Positions 47,242 through 60,249 of a stretch of 64,000 nt of DNA are shown in pieces; position 1 is the stretch's first letter; every line of letters begins with the position of its first letter. The DNA is from an uncultured Holophagales bacterium. Lineage in GTDB: Bacteria; Acidobacteriota; Thermoanaerobaculia; Multivoradales; UBA5704. The DNA is taken from positions 72,511 through 136,510 of the forward strand of contig CAWJGT010000020.1 in the NCBI GenBank assembly GCA_963842525.1. The letters run 5' to 3'. Made by a program: the position numbers and the translations under genes. Under the pieces are notes generated by a model that saw only the letters and a program-made list of their open reading frames with translations, was not told where the DNA came from and ran no database searches.

Positions 47242-47522
47242 CACGAACGCCGCTCGCGCCGCCGTCGCCGTTGCTCTTCGACCCATTCGGCGGCATCAGT
47301 GATTCCCTTGTCCTTCCAACCGCCGGTGAGCCCTGCTGCAACGATCTCGGCTCCGGTCATAGGCACGACCTTCAAGGCCTCATCGAGCTCTTCGGGGGTC
47401 CAGGCCGGCTCAAGGGGGATTTCGATCGTGACGCGGGCCTCTCCAGGAGGAAGACCCGGAGGCAGCTCAACCTCCAACTCGCCCTTTTCGGTGATACGGC
47501 CGTTCAACTGGATCATCGCCAT
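47238..47522 (-). CDS. putative cognate antitoxin
   Basis: Small acidic ORF overlapping the toxin start, ending GGWKD..ITDAAEWVEEQRR. Confidence 0.7.
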   Translation of the reverse strand: MAMIQLNGRITEKGELEVELPPGLPPGEARVTIEIPLEPAWTPEELDEALKVVPMTGAEIVAAGLTGGWKDKGITDAAEWVEEQRRRRRERRSW

Positions 47523-47568
47523 TTCGCTCCCCGGGTATTCTACTCCGAGAATTGCTCGCGGTACACCT

Positions 47569-48520
47569 CTATATTCCCTCTCTCCCGGGGTGAGGCCGGA
47601 GCCGCGCCAGCACCTCGTCCGCCCCATTCTCGCGCATCCTGGCCACGCAGGCCGTGGCGACCTCGGCAGGGTCGCGGCCGGTCGCCTCGGCCTGGGCGAC
47701 ATGGCGGCCGTCCGGTGTGGCCAGGAGTGCAGTCAGGCGAAGGCCGCCGTCGTCAGAACGGGCCCAGGCGGCGAGGGGGAGGGTGCAGTCCCCTCCGAAG
47801 GCGGCGACCACGCGGCGCTCGGCGTCGGCGGCGCGGGCGGTTGGCTCGTGATCGAGGGCGCGGCAGAGCGCTTCGGCGGGGGTGCCCTGGCGCGTCTGTA
47901 GAGCGAGCGTGCCCTGGCAGGGAGCGGGGACCAGGACATCCGGGGGGATCGGATGGAGCGGCAGGTCCTGGAGCCCGAGGCGGGCGAGGCCCGCGCCGGC
48001 CAGGATCACGCCGGCGGCGCCGGTCTCCCGCCACTTGCGGAGGCGCGTGTCCACGTTGCCGCGGATCGGCTCGATGTGCAGGTCCGGCCGCCGCATCAGG
48101 ATCTGCGCGCGCCGGCGCAGGGCACCGGTGAGCAGCACGGCCCCGGCAGGCAGCTCGTCCAGGTCCCCGGCGACCTCGCTCACCAGGACGTCCCGCGGAT
48201 CCGCCCGCTCGGGATGCGCGGCCACCACCAGGCCCTCCGGCAGGCGGACGGGCAGATCCTTCATCGAGTGCACGGCGAGGTCGAGCGAGCCGTCGAGCAG
48301 GCCGCGCTCCAGCTCCTGGGTGAAGAGCCCCTTGCCGCCCACCTTGGCGAGGTCGCCGGTCACCACGTCGCCGGTCGTGATCGACCGGCACCAGCTCGAC
48401 GGTCAGGCCGGGGTGCAGGGCTTCGAGGGCGCGGGCGACCATCCCGGACTGCGCCAGGGCCAGCGCGCTCCCGCGGGTGCCGAGGCGGAGCCGGCGGGCC
48501 TCAAGCGTTGTCGTCGTCAT
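47569..48520 (-). CDS. hemC: hydroxymethylbilane synthase, apparent frameshift near 48383
   Basis: LGTRGSALALAQ, GGKGLFT.ELE, AVHSMKD, IRGNVDTRL, GGDCTLP. Confidence 0.93.
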
Positions 48521-49781
48521 CCAGGTGGAACAGCTCGCGCACGAAGTCCAGCCGGGAGAGGTCCTGCTGCGCCCCGTCGCGGGCCCGCAGCCGTGTGCTC
48601 GGATGGTGAAGGATCTTGCGCACCAGCGACCGGGTGAGGCGGTCGAGCTCTTCGTGCATCTCGGGCGGGAAGCGGGGGAGCGCCTCCTCGAGCTCGTGGC
48701 GGCGGATGCGCTCGGCCTGCTTCTGGAGGCTCGCCACTACCGGCTCGGCCTCCAGGCCGCTGTACCAGGAGCGGAGATGATCGAGCTCCTGCTCCACGAT
48801 CTCCTCGACGCGGGGGACCTCCTCCTTGCGCCGCTTGAGGTTGCGCTGGATCAGGAAGTCCAGCGAATCGACCGTATGGAGGAAGAGGTTGCCGAGCTTG
48901 GCCGCGGAGGGCTCGACGTTGCGCGGTACGCCCAGGTCGACCACCAGCAGCGGCCGGGTGGGGCGGTTCCGCATGGTCTCCTTGAGCTGCTTGCGGGTGA
49001 GCACCGGCTCGTCCGCGGCGGTCGAGACCACCACCACGTCCGCCTCGCGCACCGCGGACATCCGGTCCTCGAAGGCGATCAGCTCGGCCTGCGGGATCTC
49101 CTCCTTGAGCTGCAAGGCCCGCTCGCGGCTGCGGTTGGCCACCTCCAGCCGGCGCGCGCCGCGCTCCACCAGGGGGCGGGCCACCGAGCGGGCGATCTCG
49201 CCGGCGCCGATCAGCAGAATGCGGCTCGCCTCCAATCCGCTGAAGATGTTGCGCGCCAGCTCGACCACCGCGTAGCCGAGCGAGACCGCGCCGGCTGAAA
49301 TCTCGGTTTCCTGGCGGGAGCGGGCCCCGGCCGCGAGGGCGCTACGCAGCAGGCGCTTGAGCACCGGGCCGCTCGCCCCGACCGTTTCTGCGAGCTGGGC
49401 CTGCTGGCGGACCTGGCCGAGGATCTCCGGCTCGCCGAGCACCATGGATTCGAGGCCGCTGGCCACCCCGAGCAGGTGGCGGGCCGCCTCGCCGTTGCGC
49501 TTGACGTAGAGCCTCCCCGGCTTTTCCAGCTCCGGAGCCTTCCGCAGGAAGACCAGCTCGAGGGCGGCCCGGTAGGCCTCGTCTTCTTCCCGCGGCTGGA
49601 GATAGACCTCCGTCCGGTTGCAGGTCGAGAGGATGTACGCCTCGGCGATCCCGGACCGGGCCAGCAGGTGAACCAGGACGTGCTCCGCCTCCTCGCCGTT
49701 GCAGGACACCCGCTCGCGCAGCTCGATCGGCGAGCACCTGAAATCGGTGCCTACGAGCAGCAGGGGAGGATCCGGATGCAT
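48501..49781 (-). CDS. hemA: glutamyl-tRNA reductase
   Basis: LSTCNRTE, GLESMVLGEPEILGQV, IGAGE, DLGVPRN. Confidence 0.97.
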   Translation of the reverse strand: MHPDPPLLLVGTDFRCSPIELRERVSCNGEEAEHVLVHLLARSGIAEAYILSTCNRTEVYLQPREEDEAYRAALELVFLRKAPELEKPGRLYVKRNGEAARHLLGVASGLESMVLGEPEILGQVRQQAQLAETVGASGPVLKRLLRSALAAGARSRQETEISAGAVSLGYAVVELARNIFSGLEASRILLIGAGEIARSVARPLVERGARRLEVANRSRERALQLKEEIPQAELIAFEDRMSAVREADVVVVSTAADEPVLTRKQLKETMRNRPTRPLLVVDLGVPRNVEPSAAKLGNLFLHTVDSLDFLIQRNLKRRKEEVPRVEEIVEQELDHLRSWYSGLEAEPVVASLQKQAERIRRHELEEALPRFPPEMHEELDRLTRSLVRKILHHPSTRLRARDGAQQDLSRLDFVRELFHLDDDDNA

Positions 49782-49790
49782 GACGGCCGC

Positions 49791-50615
49791 CTACAGGAAG
49801 ACATGGAAGTCCGAGAAGAAGAAGTTGACCGCCATCAGCGAGAAGAGGATGGCCGCGAAGCCGGCCAGGCTGGCGACCGCGGTCTGCCGCCCCTGCCAGC
49901 GCTGGAACCGGCGCAGCAGGAGGGCCAGGGCGTAGAGCGCCCAGGTGGCGAGCGTGACCAGGATCTTGGGGTCGCGCAGCCAGCCCTCGTGGAAGAGCCG
50001 CTGCGCCCAGAAGCCACCGGTGATCACCGCGCCGGTCAGGCTGACGAAACCCACGAACAGCGCGCCGAGCATCATCCGCTCCAGCACCTCGAGGGGTGGC
50101 AGCTTGCCGTAGAAGGTCGAGAAGCGGCCGGCCTTCAGGTCTCGATAGAGCTGCAGGAACAGGAACGCGTAGGCCGCTCCCACCACGAAGCCGGTGTAGC
50201 CGAGCAGGGCGAGCGAGACATGGACCGCGAAGAACGGGTCGTGGAAGATGGCCCGGTCCGGCGGGTTCGGTCCGTTGAGCACGGAGGCCAGGAGCTGGAA
50301 GAAGAAGACCAGTGCCACCATCCAGAAACCGGTCGAGCGCGCGCGGCCGTGCCACTCCACGAAGACGTAGACCACCGCCACCGCGAAGGCGACGATCGAC
50401 AGCGCCTGGGACACCGTCGCGGCCGGGAACTGCCCGTGATGGACACCGAGGGCCACCAGATAGACCAGGTGCAGCAGCACCGTGCCGCGCAGGGCCGGCG
50501 TAGCGGCCCGGTTCGCCACCGGGTGCGCGCTGAAGAAGAGGACGCCGTAGGCGATCGTCGCGCCCAGATAGAGGAGCGGGAGCAGAAGGGTCGCGAGGTC
50601 CAGGAACGTGCTCAT
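49791..50615 (-). CDS. ccsA: CcsA/HemX-type cytochrome c assembly membrane protein
   Basis: About 8 TM helices, HV...LLGY, G.FWA....W.DPK, C-terminal H; upstream of hemA. Confidence 0.8.
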   Translation of the reverse strand: MSTFLDLATLLLPLLYLGATIAYGVLFFSAHPVANRAATPALRGTVLLHLVYLVALGVHHGQFPAATVSQALSIVAFAVAVVYVFVEWHGRARSTGFWMVALVFFFQLLASVLNGPNPPDRAIFHDPFFAVHVSLALLGYTGFVVGAAYAFLFLQLYRDLKAGRFSTFYGKLPPLEVLERMMLGALFVGFVSLTGAVITGGFWAQRLFHEGWLRDPKILVTLATWALYALALLLRRFQRWQGRQTAVASLAGFAAILFSLMAVNFFFSDFHVFL

Positions 50616-50719
50616 GTCGCGTGACAGATCAGGAGAATGCTAGCACTCCTGGGGGTCGGTTGCCCGTCTGCGCATCCTCTGCTACTGTCCCCCGGCTTGG
50701 GGAGACGGAGCACCGCGCC

Positions 50720-52052
<1,333 letters not shown>

Positions 52053-52131
52053 ACGGTCGCTGACGCGGCCGGCGTGCCCCGTGGTATTTTTGCCCGGCCA
52101 TCCCAGGCAGAGCCGGAGAGGATCGACGACC

Positions 52132-53418
<1,287 letters not shown>

Positions 53419-53422
53419 AAAT

Positions 53423-53447
53423 GTAGGGGCGGGGCTTGTCCCCGCCC
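53423..53447. repeat. GTAG-type REP-like hairpin
   Basis: gtaggggcggggcttgtccccgccc just after the icd stop. Confidence 0.6.
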
Positions 53448-53575
53448 GGCCTCTGTCCCTTCCTTTCCCTCCCGCGCACCAGACCTTTTAGAAGTCGTTC
53501 TGAAGGTCTTCGTTCCCCGCGAGCTTACTCGCAGGCCGGCAGGGAGCCGGGCTGCTTCTGTGCGGAGGTAGAATC

Positions 53576-54757
53576 ATGTTCCAGCGGAGGATGACGTTCG
53601 GTCTCGCGTTGGCCGGCACCGCGCTCGCCTTGGTCGGGGCGGTGGCTCCGGCCAGGGCGCAAGGGAGGATCAAGGTCGGGGACGAGCTGCCGTACAAGGT
53701 CGCGTCCCCCGCGGCCTATCCGACCGGCGCCGCCCATCGCCCGGTCGTCTGGTCCGAGACGGTCGTCTCGCCCGGGGCGACGTTCCTGCGGCTCCACTTC
53801 AACAAGTTCAACCTTCCGGACGGCGATTACCTCACCATCTCCAGCCCGGACGGGGAGGAGTTCTGGACCTACACCGGCAAAGGGCCGCGCGGCACGGGCG
53901 CATTCTGGGCGTTCAGCGTCGAAGGGGACACGGCGGTCCTGGAGCTGCACACCGGCAATCGCCTCGACCGGGCGCGCGCCCGCCGCTTCGGTCTCGCGGT
54001 CGACCGCATCGCCCACGGCACGGCGCCGCTCTATGAAGAGCAGGGCCCGCCGGCCAAGATCATCTGCGGCACGGACGGCCGGCGGGACGCGGCCTGCTAC
54101 ACCAGCATCAACACGCGGCCGGTGGCGCGGCTGTCGTTCCAGAGCGGCGGCTCCAGCTTCGTCTGCACCGGCTGGCTGGTGGCCGGCTCGAACAGCAGCA
54201 CGATGCTGACCAACAACCACTGCGTCGCCAACCAGACCGAGGTCAGCACCGTCCAGGCGCGGTTCAACTACCAGCGCACCACCTGCGGCGGCACGACCAC
54301 GGCGAGCTTCACGACCTATGCGGGCGGCACCTTCCTGCGGACCAGCTCGAGCCTCGACTACACGCTCCTGACCCTCCAAGGCAATCCGGAGGCAACCTGG
54401 GGCGAGTACACCGCCACCTCGAAGCTTCCGACGGCGGGCCTGCTCATCAACTTCCCGCAGCATCCGGGCGGCGGCTTGAAGCGGGTCGGCTTCTGGAAGG
54501 ACTCGGCCCAGACCCTGCGGTGCGACACCGCTTCGGTGGGCGGCAGCTATGGGTATACCTCGGGCAGCCAGATGGCGTATTCCTGCGACAGCGAGGGCGG
54601 CTCGTCCGGCTCGCCGATCATGGACGCGGGAACGGGCCGGATCATCGGCCTGCACCATCTCGGCGGTGTGGGGGGCGCGACCTGCCTGAACGCCGCGACC
54701 ATGATGAGGAACGTCTGCCCCAACGCCGGCGCGCTCCTGAGCTGCGCCACCAACTGA
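53576..54757 (+). CDS. secreted trypsin-like (lysyl endopeptidase-type) serine protease with N-terminal CUB-like domain
   Basis: Signal peptide, CTGWL, TNNHC, LDY, QHPGG, GGSSGSP. Confidence 0.9.
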   Translation: MFQRRMTFGLALAGTALALVGAVAPARAQGRIKVGDELPYKVASPAAYPTGAAHRPVVWSETVVSPGATFLRLHFNKFNLPDGDYLTISSPDGEEFWTYTGKGPRGTGAFWAFSVEGDTAVLELHTGNRLDRARARRFGLAVDRIAHGTAPLYEEQGPPAKIICGTDGRRDAACYTSINTRPVARLSFQSGGSSFVCTGWLVAGSNSSTMLTNNHCVANQTEVSTVQARFNYQRTTCGGTTTASFTTYAGGTFLRTSSSLDYTLLTLQGNPEATWGEYTATSKLPTAGLLINFPQHPGGGLKRVGFWKDSAQTLRCDTASVGGSYGYTSGSQMAYSCDSEGGSSGSPIMDAGTGRIIGLHHLGGVGGATCLNAATMMRNVCPNAGALLSCATN

Positions 54758-54922
54758 CCAACTGCGATTCCATCATCTGGCAGCCCCTGGCCTCCGCGCT
54801 TCCGGAGACCAGGGGGTGCCATGCTTCCCGTTTCTTGCTCCCGCCCTGTATTCAAGGTACAATCGTAGAATAGCAAGAACAGATATATCAGAGATATATT
54901 GCCAATTCCAAAGGAGAAGGTC

Positions 54923-56392
54923 ATGCCCTCATTAGGAGACTGGCTGGTGACTCGCGGGTGCACGAAGACTGCCGCAATGGTGACCAGGGGCAGTCAGGTC
55001 GTACGGAAGAATTTCCAGTGGAACCCGAACGTCCCGCTGGAGGGCGGGGCACGACACCGCCCGACGTTCAAGGAGCGGTACGGTCTCGATCTCGACGAGC
55101 GCCGGGGCACCCTCCCAGTGGAACCCGCGGACATCAGCGAGCTCGAGAGCTTTCTCGCCAGGCGGCCCGACGTATTCGGCCTTCCAGCCGGCCACAAGCT
55201 GACCGAGCAGGACAGGACGGACCTCTTCCACGTCCTCGGGCCGCTGAACAATCTGGCGATCAAGGACCTGGTGCTCCCCGAGATAAGGAAGGAACACACC
55301 ACGCCCACACCCACGCCGAGACCCACACCTACACCGACACCGAGACCCACACCTACACCGACACCGAGACCCACACCTACACCGACACCGAGACCCACAC
55401 CTACACCAACACCGAGACCCACACCTACACCAACACCAATACCAACACCACCAACCCCGCCCAGGCCTTCCCTGGGAGACTGGCTGGCCAGCCAGAGGTG
55501 CACCAAGACTGCCGCCCTCGTGAGCGTGAACGGGCGCCTCGTGCGAAGGGATTTCCAGTGGAACCCGAGGATCCCGCTCGAGGGCGGAGCGCGATTCCAC
55601 GAGAGCTTCAAGGGCCGTTATGGCGTCGCCATGGCCGACCGCCGGAGCTCGCTCGAGCAGGAAACCATTGTGGAGGCCTTCAACGCCTTCGAGGCATTTC
55701 TTGCGCAGAGACCTGACGCCTTTGACCTTCCCGCGGGCCACAGGATGACCGAGCAGGACAAGACAGACCTCTTTTACGTCCTTGGGCCGCGGAACAATCT
55801 GGCGATCCGGGAGCTGGTGCTTCCTTTGATCGCAAATCCCCCTGCGCCCACACCGACACCCAGGCCAACACCCACACCGACGCCTACGCCCAGGCCGACG
55901 CCCACACCAACGCCCATACCGACACCTACACCAACGCCCACACCCACGCCGCCCACACCCACGCCGCCGACACCCACGCCGCCGACACCCACGCCGCCGA
56001 CACCCACGCCCACCAGGCCTTCCTTTGGAGACTGGCTGGCCCGCCAGGGATGCACCAGGACGGCCGCCTTGGTAGGCCCCAACCTCGTACGGAGGGAGTT
56101 TCAGTGGAACCCGAACGTCCCGCTTGAGAGTGCGCGATTCCTGGAGACCTTCAAAGCCCGCTATGGTGTCGCCATGGCCGACCGCCGGAGCTCGCTCGAG
56201 CAGGAAACCATCGTCGAGGCCTTCAACCAGATCGAAGCCTTCCTCGCCCAAGCTGGAAATCCCAGGATCTTCGACCTGCCGGATGGCCATCGCATTACCG
56301 AGCAGGACAAGACCGACCTCTTTTATGTCCTGGGACCCTTGAGGAATCTGGCGATCCGGGAGCTGGTGCTCCCCAGGATTCCCCGGGGTTGA
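54923..56392 (+). CDS. protein with three copies of an unrecognised ~125-aa domain joined by Pro-Thr linkers
   Basis: AAGGAG RBS; PS(L/F)GDWL...CT(K/R)TAA...FQWNP..PLE...FK.RYG...TEQD(R/K)TDLF.VLGP..NLAI three times. Confidence 0.8.
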   Translation: MPSLGDWLVTRGCTKTAAMVTRGSQVVRKNFQWNPNVPLEGGARHRPTFKERYGLDLDERRGTLPVEPADISELESFLARRPDVFGLPAGHKLTEQDRTDLFHVLGPLNNLAIKDLVLPEIRKEHTTPTPTPRPTPTPTPRPTPTPTPRPTPTPTPRPTPTPTPRPTPTPTPIPTPPTPPRPSLGDWLASQRCTKTAALVSVNGRLVRRDFQWNPRIPLEGGARFHESFKGRYGVAMADRRSSLEQETIVEAFNAFEAFLAQRPDAFDLPAGHRMTEQDKTDLFYVLGPRNNLAIRELVLPLIANPPAPTPTPRPTPTPTPTPRPTPTPTPIPTPTPTPTPTPPTPTPPTPTPPTPTPPTPTPTRPSFGDWLARQGCTRTAALVGPNLVRREFQWNPNVPLESARFLETFKARYGVAMADRRSSLEQETIVEAFNQIEAFLAQAGNPRIFDLPDGHRITEQDKTDLFYVLGPLRNLAIRELVLPRIPRG

Positions 56393-56413
56393 TTGATGGA
56401 GTGGGGAGGGGAT

Positions 56414-56461
56414 TGGTGGGCCGTCAGAGACTCGAACTCTGGACCCGCGGATTAAAAGTCC
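56414..56461 (-). other. 3' half of tRNA-Lys(TTT), interpreted as an att site
   Basis: Minus strand GGA-CTTTTAA-TCCGCGGGTCCAGAGTTCGAGTCTCTGACGGCCCACCA; no D arm or 5' acceptor strand upstream. Confidence 0.85.
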
Positions 56462-57080
56462 CATGCGGGGCAACACGAGCCAACGTCAGCCAACAGGATA
56501 AACCATTGTACACCAGAGGTTTAGGGCAACATACCCGAGCCTCTGGCGTGGTGCTCTGTAGGCGAAAGTTGAGCGGCACTGTCCCCCAACTGTCCCCCGA
56601 TTGTCCCCGAAACGAAGGGTCGCGAAGGCGAGAACGACCCGTTTCGTTCCGCTCCCTGAGTTCCACCATTCGCGAGAGAGATGATCCGAAGGGAGGGGAG
56701 GGGGGTGGGGGCCGCAGGATCCGGCCGGCGCAAAGCCGCGTGCGGCTCTGCCGGAGCCGCGCGCAGAGCCGCACGCAAGTCCGGACGCAGCCCCGCCGAG
56801 CCCGTGGGAGGCCCCGGGGACCTCTCCGAGCAGGTCGGCAGGCCGTCCGCCGCCTCTCAGGATTGAAGCTGTGAGCGGAAGCTGAGGCGTTCCCCCACCC
56901 AACGGCTGTGGAATCTGACCGGGCATGGAAAGCTCCGGGCCGCCGCGGCAGCGTCCCCGCCGCCCACCTGCGTCCCCGGAGTTCCCGCGAAGGCGCACCC
57001 CCACCAGAGCGTTGACACAAATGCCACCGCCCCGCGCGCCAGGCAGCCTGGCGGGGACGGCGGCCCGCGGCCGACTACCC

Positions 57081-57359
57081 CTACCAGTGGAGCAAGAACA
57101 CGGGCGCCATCGCTGCTAGTGCGGCGCCGACTTGCAGCGCTAGGACGGGCACAGCCTGCCTTGGTGACCGCGGCAGCCATTTCATCGCGAAGAACAACAC
57201 GATAGGCACCTGGGCAGCCATGAGGAGCTGCCAAATGTGGGCGGCTGCACCCTCATCTGCCTGGGGGGCGGTTCCGTGCAAGGCGACGAACATCAGCACG
57301 GTGGCGAGGGCACCGAGGGACATGGTCACAGGAAGGAAAGCGCTCGGGTGCTTCAGCAA
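57081..57359 (-). CDS. small three-TM membrane protein
   Basis: AGGAG RBS and TTG start; hydrophobic, with DEGAAAHIWQLLM motif. Confidence 0.65.
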   Translation of the reverse strand: MLKHPSAFLPVTMSLGALATVLMFVALHGTAPQADEGAAAHIWQLLMAAQVPIVLFFAMKWLPRSPRQAVPVLALQVGAALAAMAPVFLLHW

Positions 57360-57679
57360 GGTTGACTCCTTTCGATCGGGGCGGCATCCGAAACTATTGT
57401 AAAGCACTTTGCGCCAAAAAGCAGCTCAGAGAATCGCGGCTCCTCTCTGGGCCAGCAGGGGCGCGGGGACGGCGGCGCCAATCGACCACCCCCGCGAGGT
57501 CGATCCTGCCGCGGCGACGGCAACGTCCCCGCCGCCCACCCGCGTCCCCGGAGGCTCCGTCGAAGGCGCGCCCCCACCTAAGCGTTGACACACGCCACCA
57601 CCCCGCGCGCCAGGCAGCCAGGGCGGGGATGGCAGCCCACTCGACCATCCGCGCGAGCTCCATCCGCGGGCGGGGACGC

Positions 57680-58555
57680 CGGCCGCCTCTTGAAAGGCCG
57701 GGTGGCCGCGCCGGAGCCTGCGGCCGTGAAAAGCCGTCCTCCGGTCCTCCGGGCGCGCCCACCCAATCCCCGGCCGCCCACCCATTTTGATTTCCCCCGC
57801 GCGCGGGATCGGCACAGTGCACGTGACCACCAGCCCGGCCGCCCACTCACGAGCACAGTGCGCGACCCGCTCCACCCGCGCGAGTTCCAACCCAGGCGGT
57901 GATGGCGGCCGTCTTTTGAAAAGGCCGGGTGGCCGCGCCGGAGCCTGCGGCCGTGAAAAGCCGTCCTCCGGTCCTCCGGGCGCGCCCACCCAATCCCCGG
58001 CCGCCCACCCATTTTGATTTCCCCCGCGCGCGGGATCGGCACAGTGCACGTGACCACCACCCAGGCCGACCACTCACGTGCACAGTGCGCGACCCGCTCC
58101 ACCCGCGCGAGTTCCATCGGCGGGCGGTGACGGCGGCCGTCTTTTGAAAAGGCCGGGTGGCCGCGCCGGAGCCTGCGGCCGTGAACAGCCGTCCTCCGGT
58201 CCTCCGGCGCGCCCACCCAATCCCCGTCCGCCCACCCCATTTTGATTTCCCCCGCGCGCGGGATCGGCACAGTGCACGTGACCACCAGCCGGCCGCCCAC
58301 TCACGAGCACAGTGCGCGACCCGCTCCACCCGCGCGAGTTCCAACCCAGGAGGGGACGGCGGCCGTCTTTTGAAAAGGCCGGGTGGCCGCGCCGGAGCCT
58401 GCGGCCGTGAACAGCCGTCCTCCGGTCCTCCGGCGCCCACCCAATCCCCGGCCGCCCACCCATTTTGATTTCCCCCGCGCGCGGGATCGGCACAGTGCAC
58501 GTGACCACCACCCAGGCCGACCACTCACGTGCACAGTGCGCGACCCGCTCCACCC
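57680..58555. repeat. about 4 tandem copies of a ~227-bp non-coding unit
   Basis: ggccgggtggccgcgccggagcc at 57696, 57923, 58151, 58377; degenerate partial copies at 58696 and 59194. Confidence 0.95.
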
Positions 58556-59358
58556 ACCAGGCAAGGTCCGGCAGATTGGCTCCGCTGGCCGCTGAAGCCA
58601 TGCCTTCGAAGACCGCTGCGCCAACCTGCCGGGCTTATTCGATCACCCCGCCCCACCCATCCACCTCCGGTCCCTCAAGGGGCCTCGTCCCACAAGGCCG
58701 GGTGGCCGCGCCGAAGCCTGCGGCCGTGAAAAGCCGTCCTTCGGTCCTCCGGCGCGCCCACCCAATCTCCCGGCCGCCCGCCCATTTCGATTTCCCCCCT
58801 CCCTCGCAGCTTGACTCCGCTAGCGCTCCGCAACCTGCTCCCACCCGCTCGAGCTCCATCTGCAGGTGGCGGCGGGCAACGTGTCTCCATGCGGAGCTTC
58901 CCGTGAAGGCGCGCCCCCACAAAAGCGCTGGCGCAAAACCCACCACCCCGCGCGCCGGGCAGCCGCCGCGGCATGGCAGCGTCCCGCCACCCGCGCGTGG
59001 TCCATCCAGCCGTGGCGTTGGCAACCTCCCGCCACCCACCCGCGTCCCCGGAGCTGCCGCGAAGGCGCGCCCCCACAAGACGCTGGCGCAAAGCCCGCCG
59101 CCCCGCGCGCCGGGCACCGCCGCGAAGACGGCAGCGTCCCGCCGTCCTCTCTCCGGTGTATTTTTCGTGGTGATTGCAGCCGTGTTTCAACAAGGCCGGG
59201 CGGCCGCCCCGGAGCCTGAGGCCGTGGAAAGCCAGCCGTTCGATCCTCCGGCGCGCCCACCCAATCCCCGTCCGCCCACCCCGTTTTGATTTCCCCCACC
59301 CTCCGGCCCGGGAGCTGCCCGCCCCTGGCTCCGGCGGGGGCGGCTCCCCCTCCCACAC

Positions 59359-59457
59359 GGGCGTTCGTCCGATAAGAACTGCATTATCGGGACGAACGCC
59401 CTGCGCCACTCCCCGCCTACGGGCTGCGCCTTAACATAATGAAGCACTATGTTAACC
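59359..59457. promoter_or_regulatory. two palindromic dif/Xer-like sites
   Basis: gggcgttcgtccgataa-gaactgca-ttatcgggacgaacgccc and ccttaacataa-tgaagca-ctatgttaacc. Confidence 0.5.
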
Positions 59458-59946
59458 AGGGGCGGGCACCTACCCGGGCCTCCCCCCGCAACAAGGTCCG
59501 CCAGATTGGCTCCTCGGGCCCATGGAGCCATGCCTTCGAAGCGCTCCGCCAAACTGCCGGGTTTATTTTGACCACCCCGCCCCACCCGATCCCCCTCCGG
59601 CCCCTGCAAGGGGCCTCGGCCCCCACCCCCCGTCAGCCCCCGTCCAAACCACCTTCCTGCGGTTGCCTTTCTGCGCCGGTTAGAACCAGCTTTTCGGTTC
59701 CCCAAAATCGCGGAAAACCCAATCCCGGCGGGCCTTTTCCCCTGTGGAAAAAACGGAACTGGTTTCGTTTTCGGAGCTGTGGCGGGAGGAGAGGAGGCCT
59801 GGAAGACGGATGACCGCGGCCAAACCCAAGCCAGACAGGCACTTCCGCGACGCCGCCAGGCCGGAAACAGCGGTGCCCAGAACCACGTTTTTGGGCACTC
59901 GGGCCGGAGGGACCGGGATCTCCCGGTCCCTCCTCGAAGCGGCGCT

Positions 59947-60126
59947 TCAGCAGATGGGAACCTGCGTGCAGAAGGAGCCATCTGGGCAGGGGCCCTCACT
60001 CGACCAGCAGGGCCTGCAGTCGCTAGCGCAATAGCCATGATAGACGGGGGGCCAAGCTTGGGCTCTGGGCGCGGTGCTAAGGATTGAGATCATCAAGAGC
60101 AAGAGCGAGATGGCGAGTTTTCTCAT
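59947..60126 (-). CDS. small secreted 6-Cys peptide
   Basis: AGGAG RBS, MRKLAISLLLLMISILSTAPRAQA signal, mature WPPVYHGYCASDCRPCWSSEGPCPDGSFCTQVPIC. Confidence 0.75.
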   Translation of the reverse strand: MRKLAISLLLLMISILSTAPRAQAWPPVYHGYCASDCRPCWSSEGPCPDGSFCTQVPIC

Positions 60127-60249
60127 CGAGTTTCTCCTGGACGTGGCGAAGAGGCCATGCTGATGCCTTGCGCCTGTTTGTGCTCCCGGTCCTCCGGCAG
60201 CCTTGGGGACCGGCGAAACATTCACTAAGACGCATGTTAGCAGATATGG

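Noticed and set aside
56414-56490. Intact tRNA-Lys gene
   Set aside because: Only the anticodon loop through CCA is present; the 5' half is unrelated sequence, so it is called an att fragment.
57680-58555. CRISPR array
   Set aside because: Units are ~227 bp and nearly identical throughout, variable parts alternate rather than being unique spacers, and there are no cas genes.
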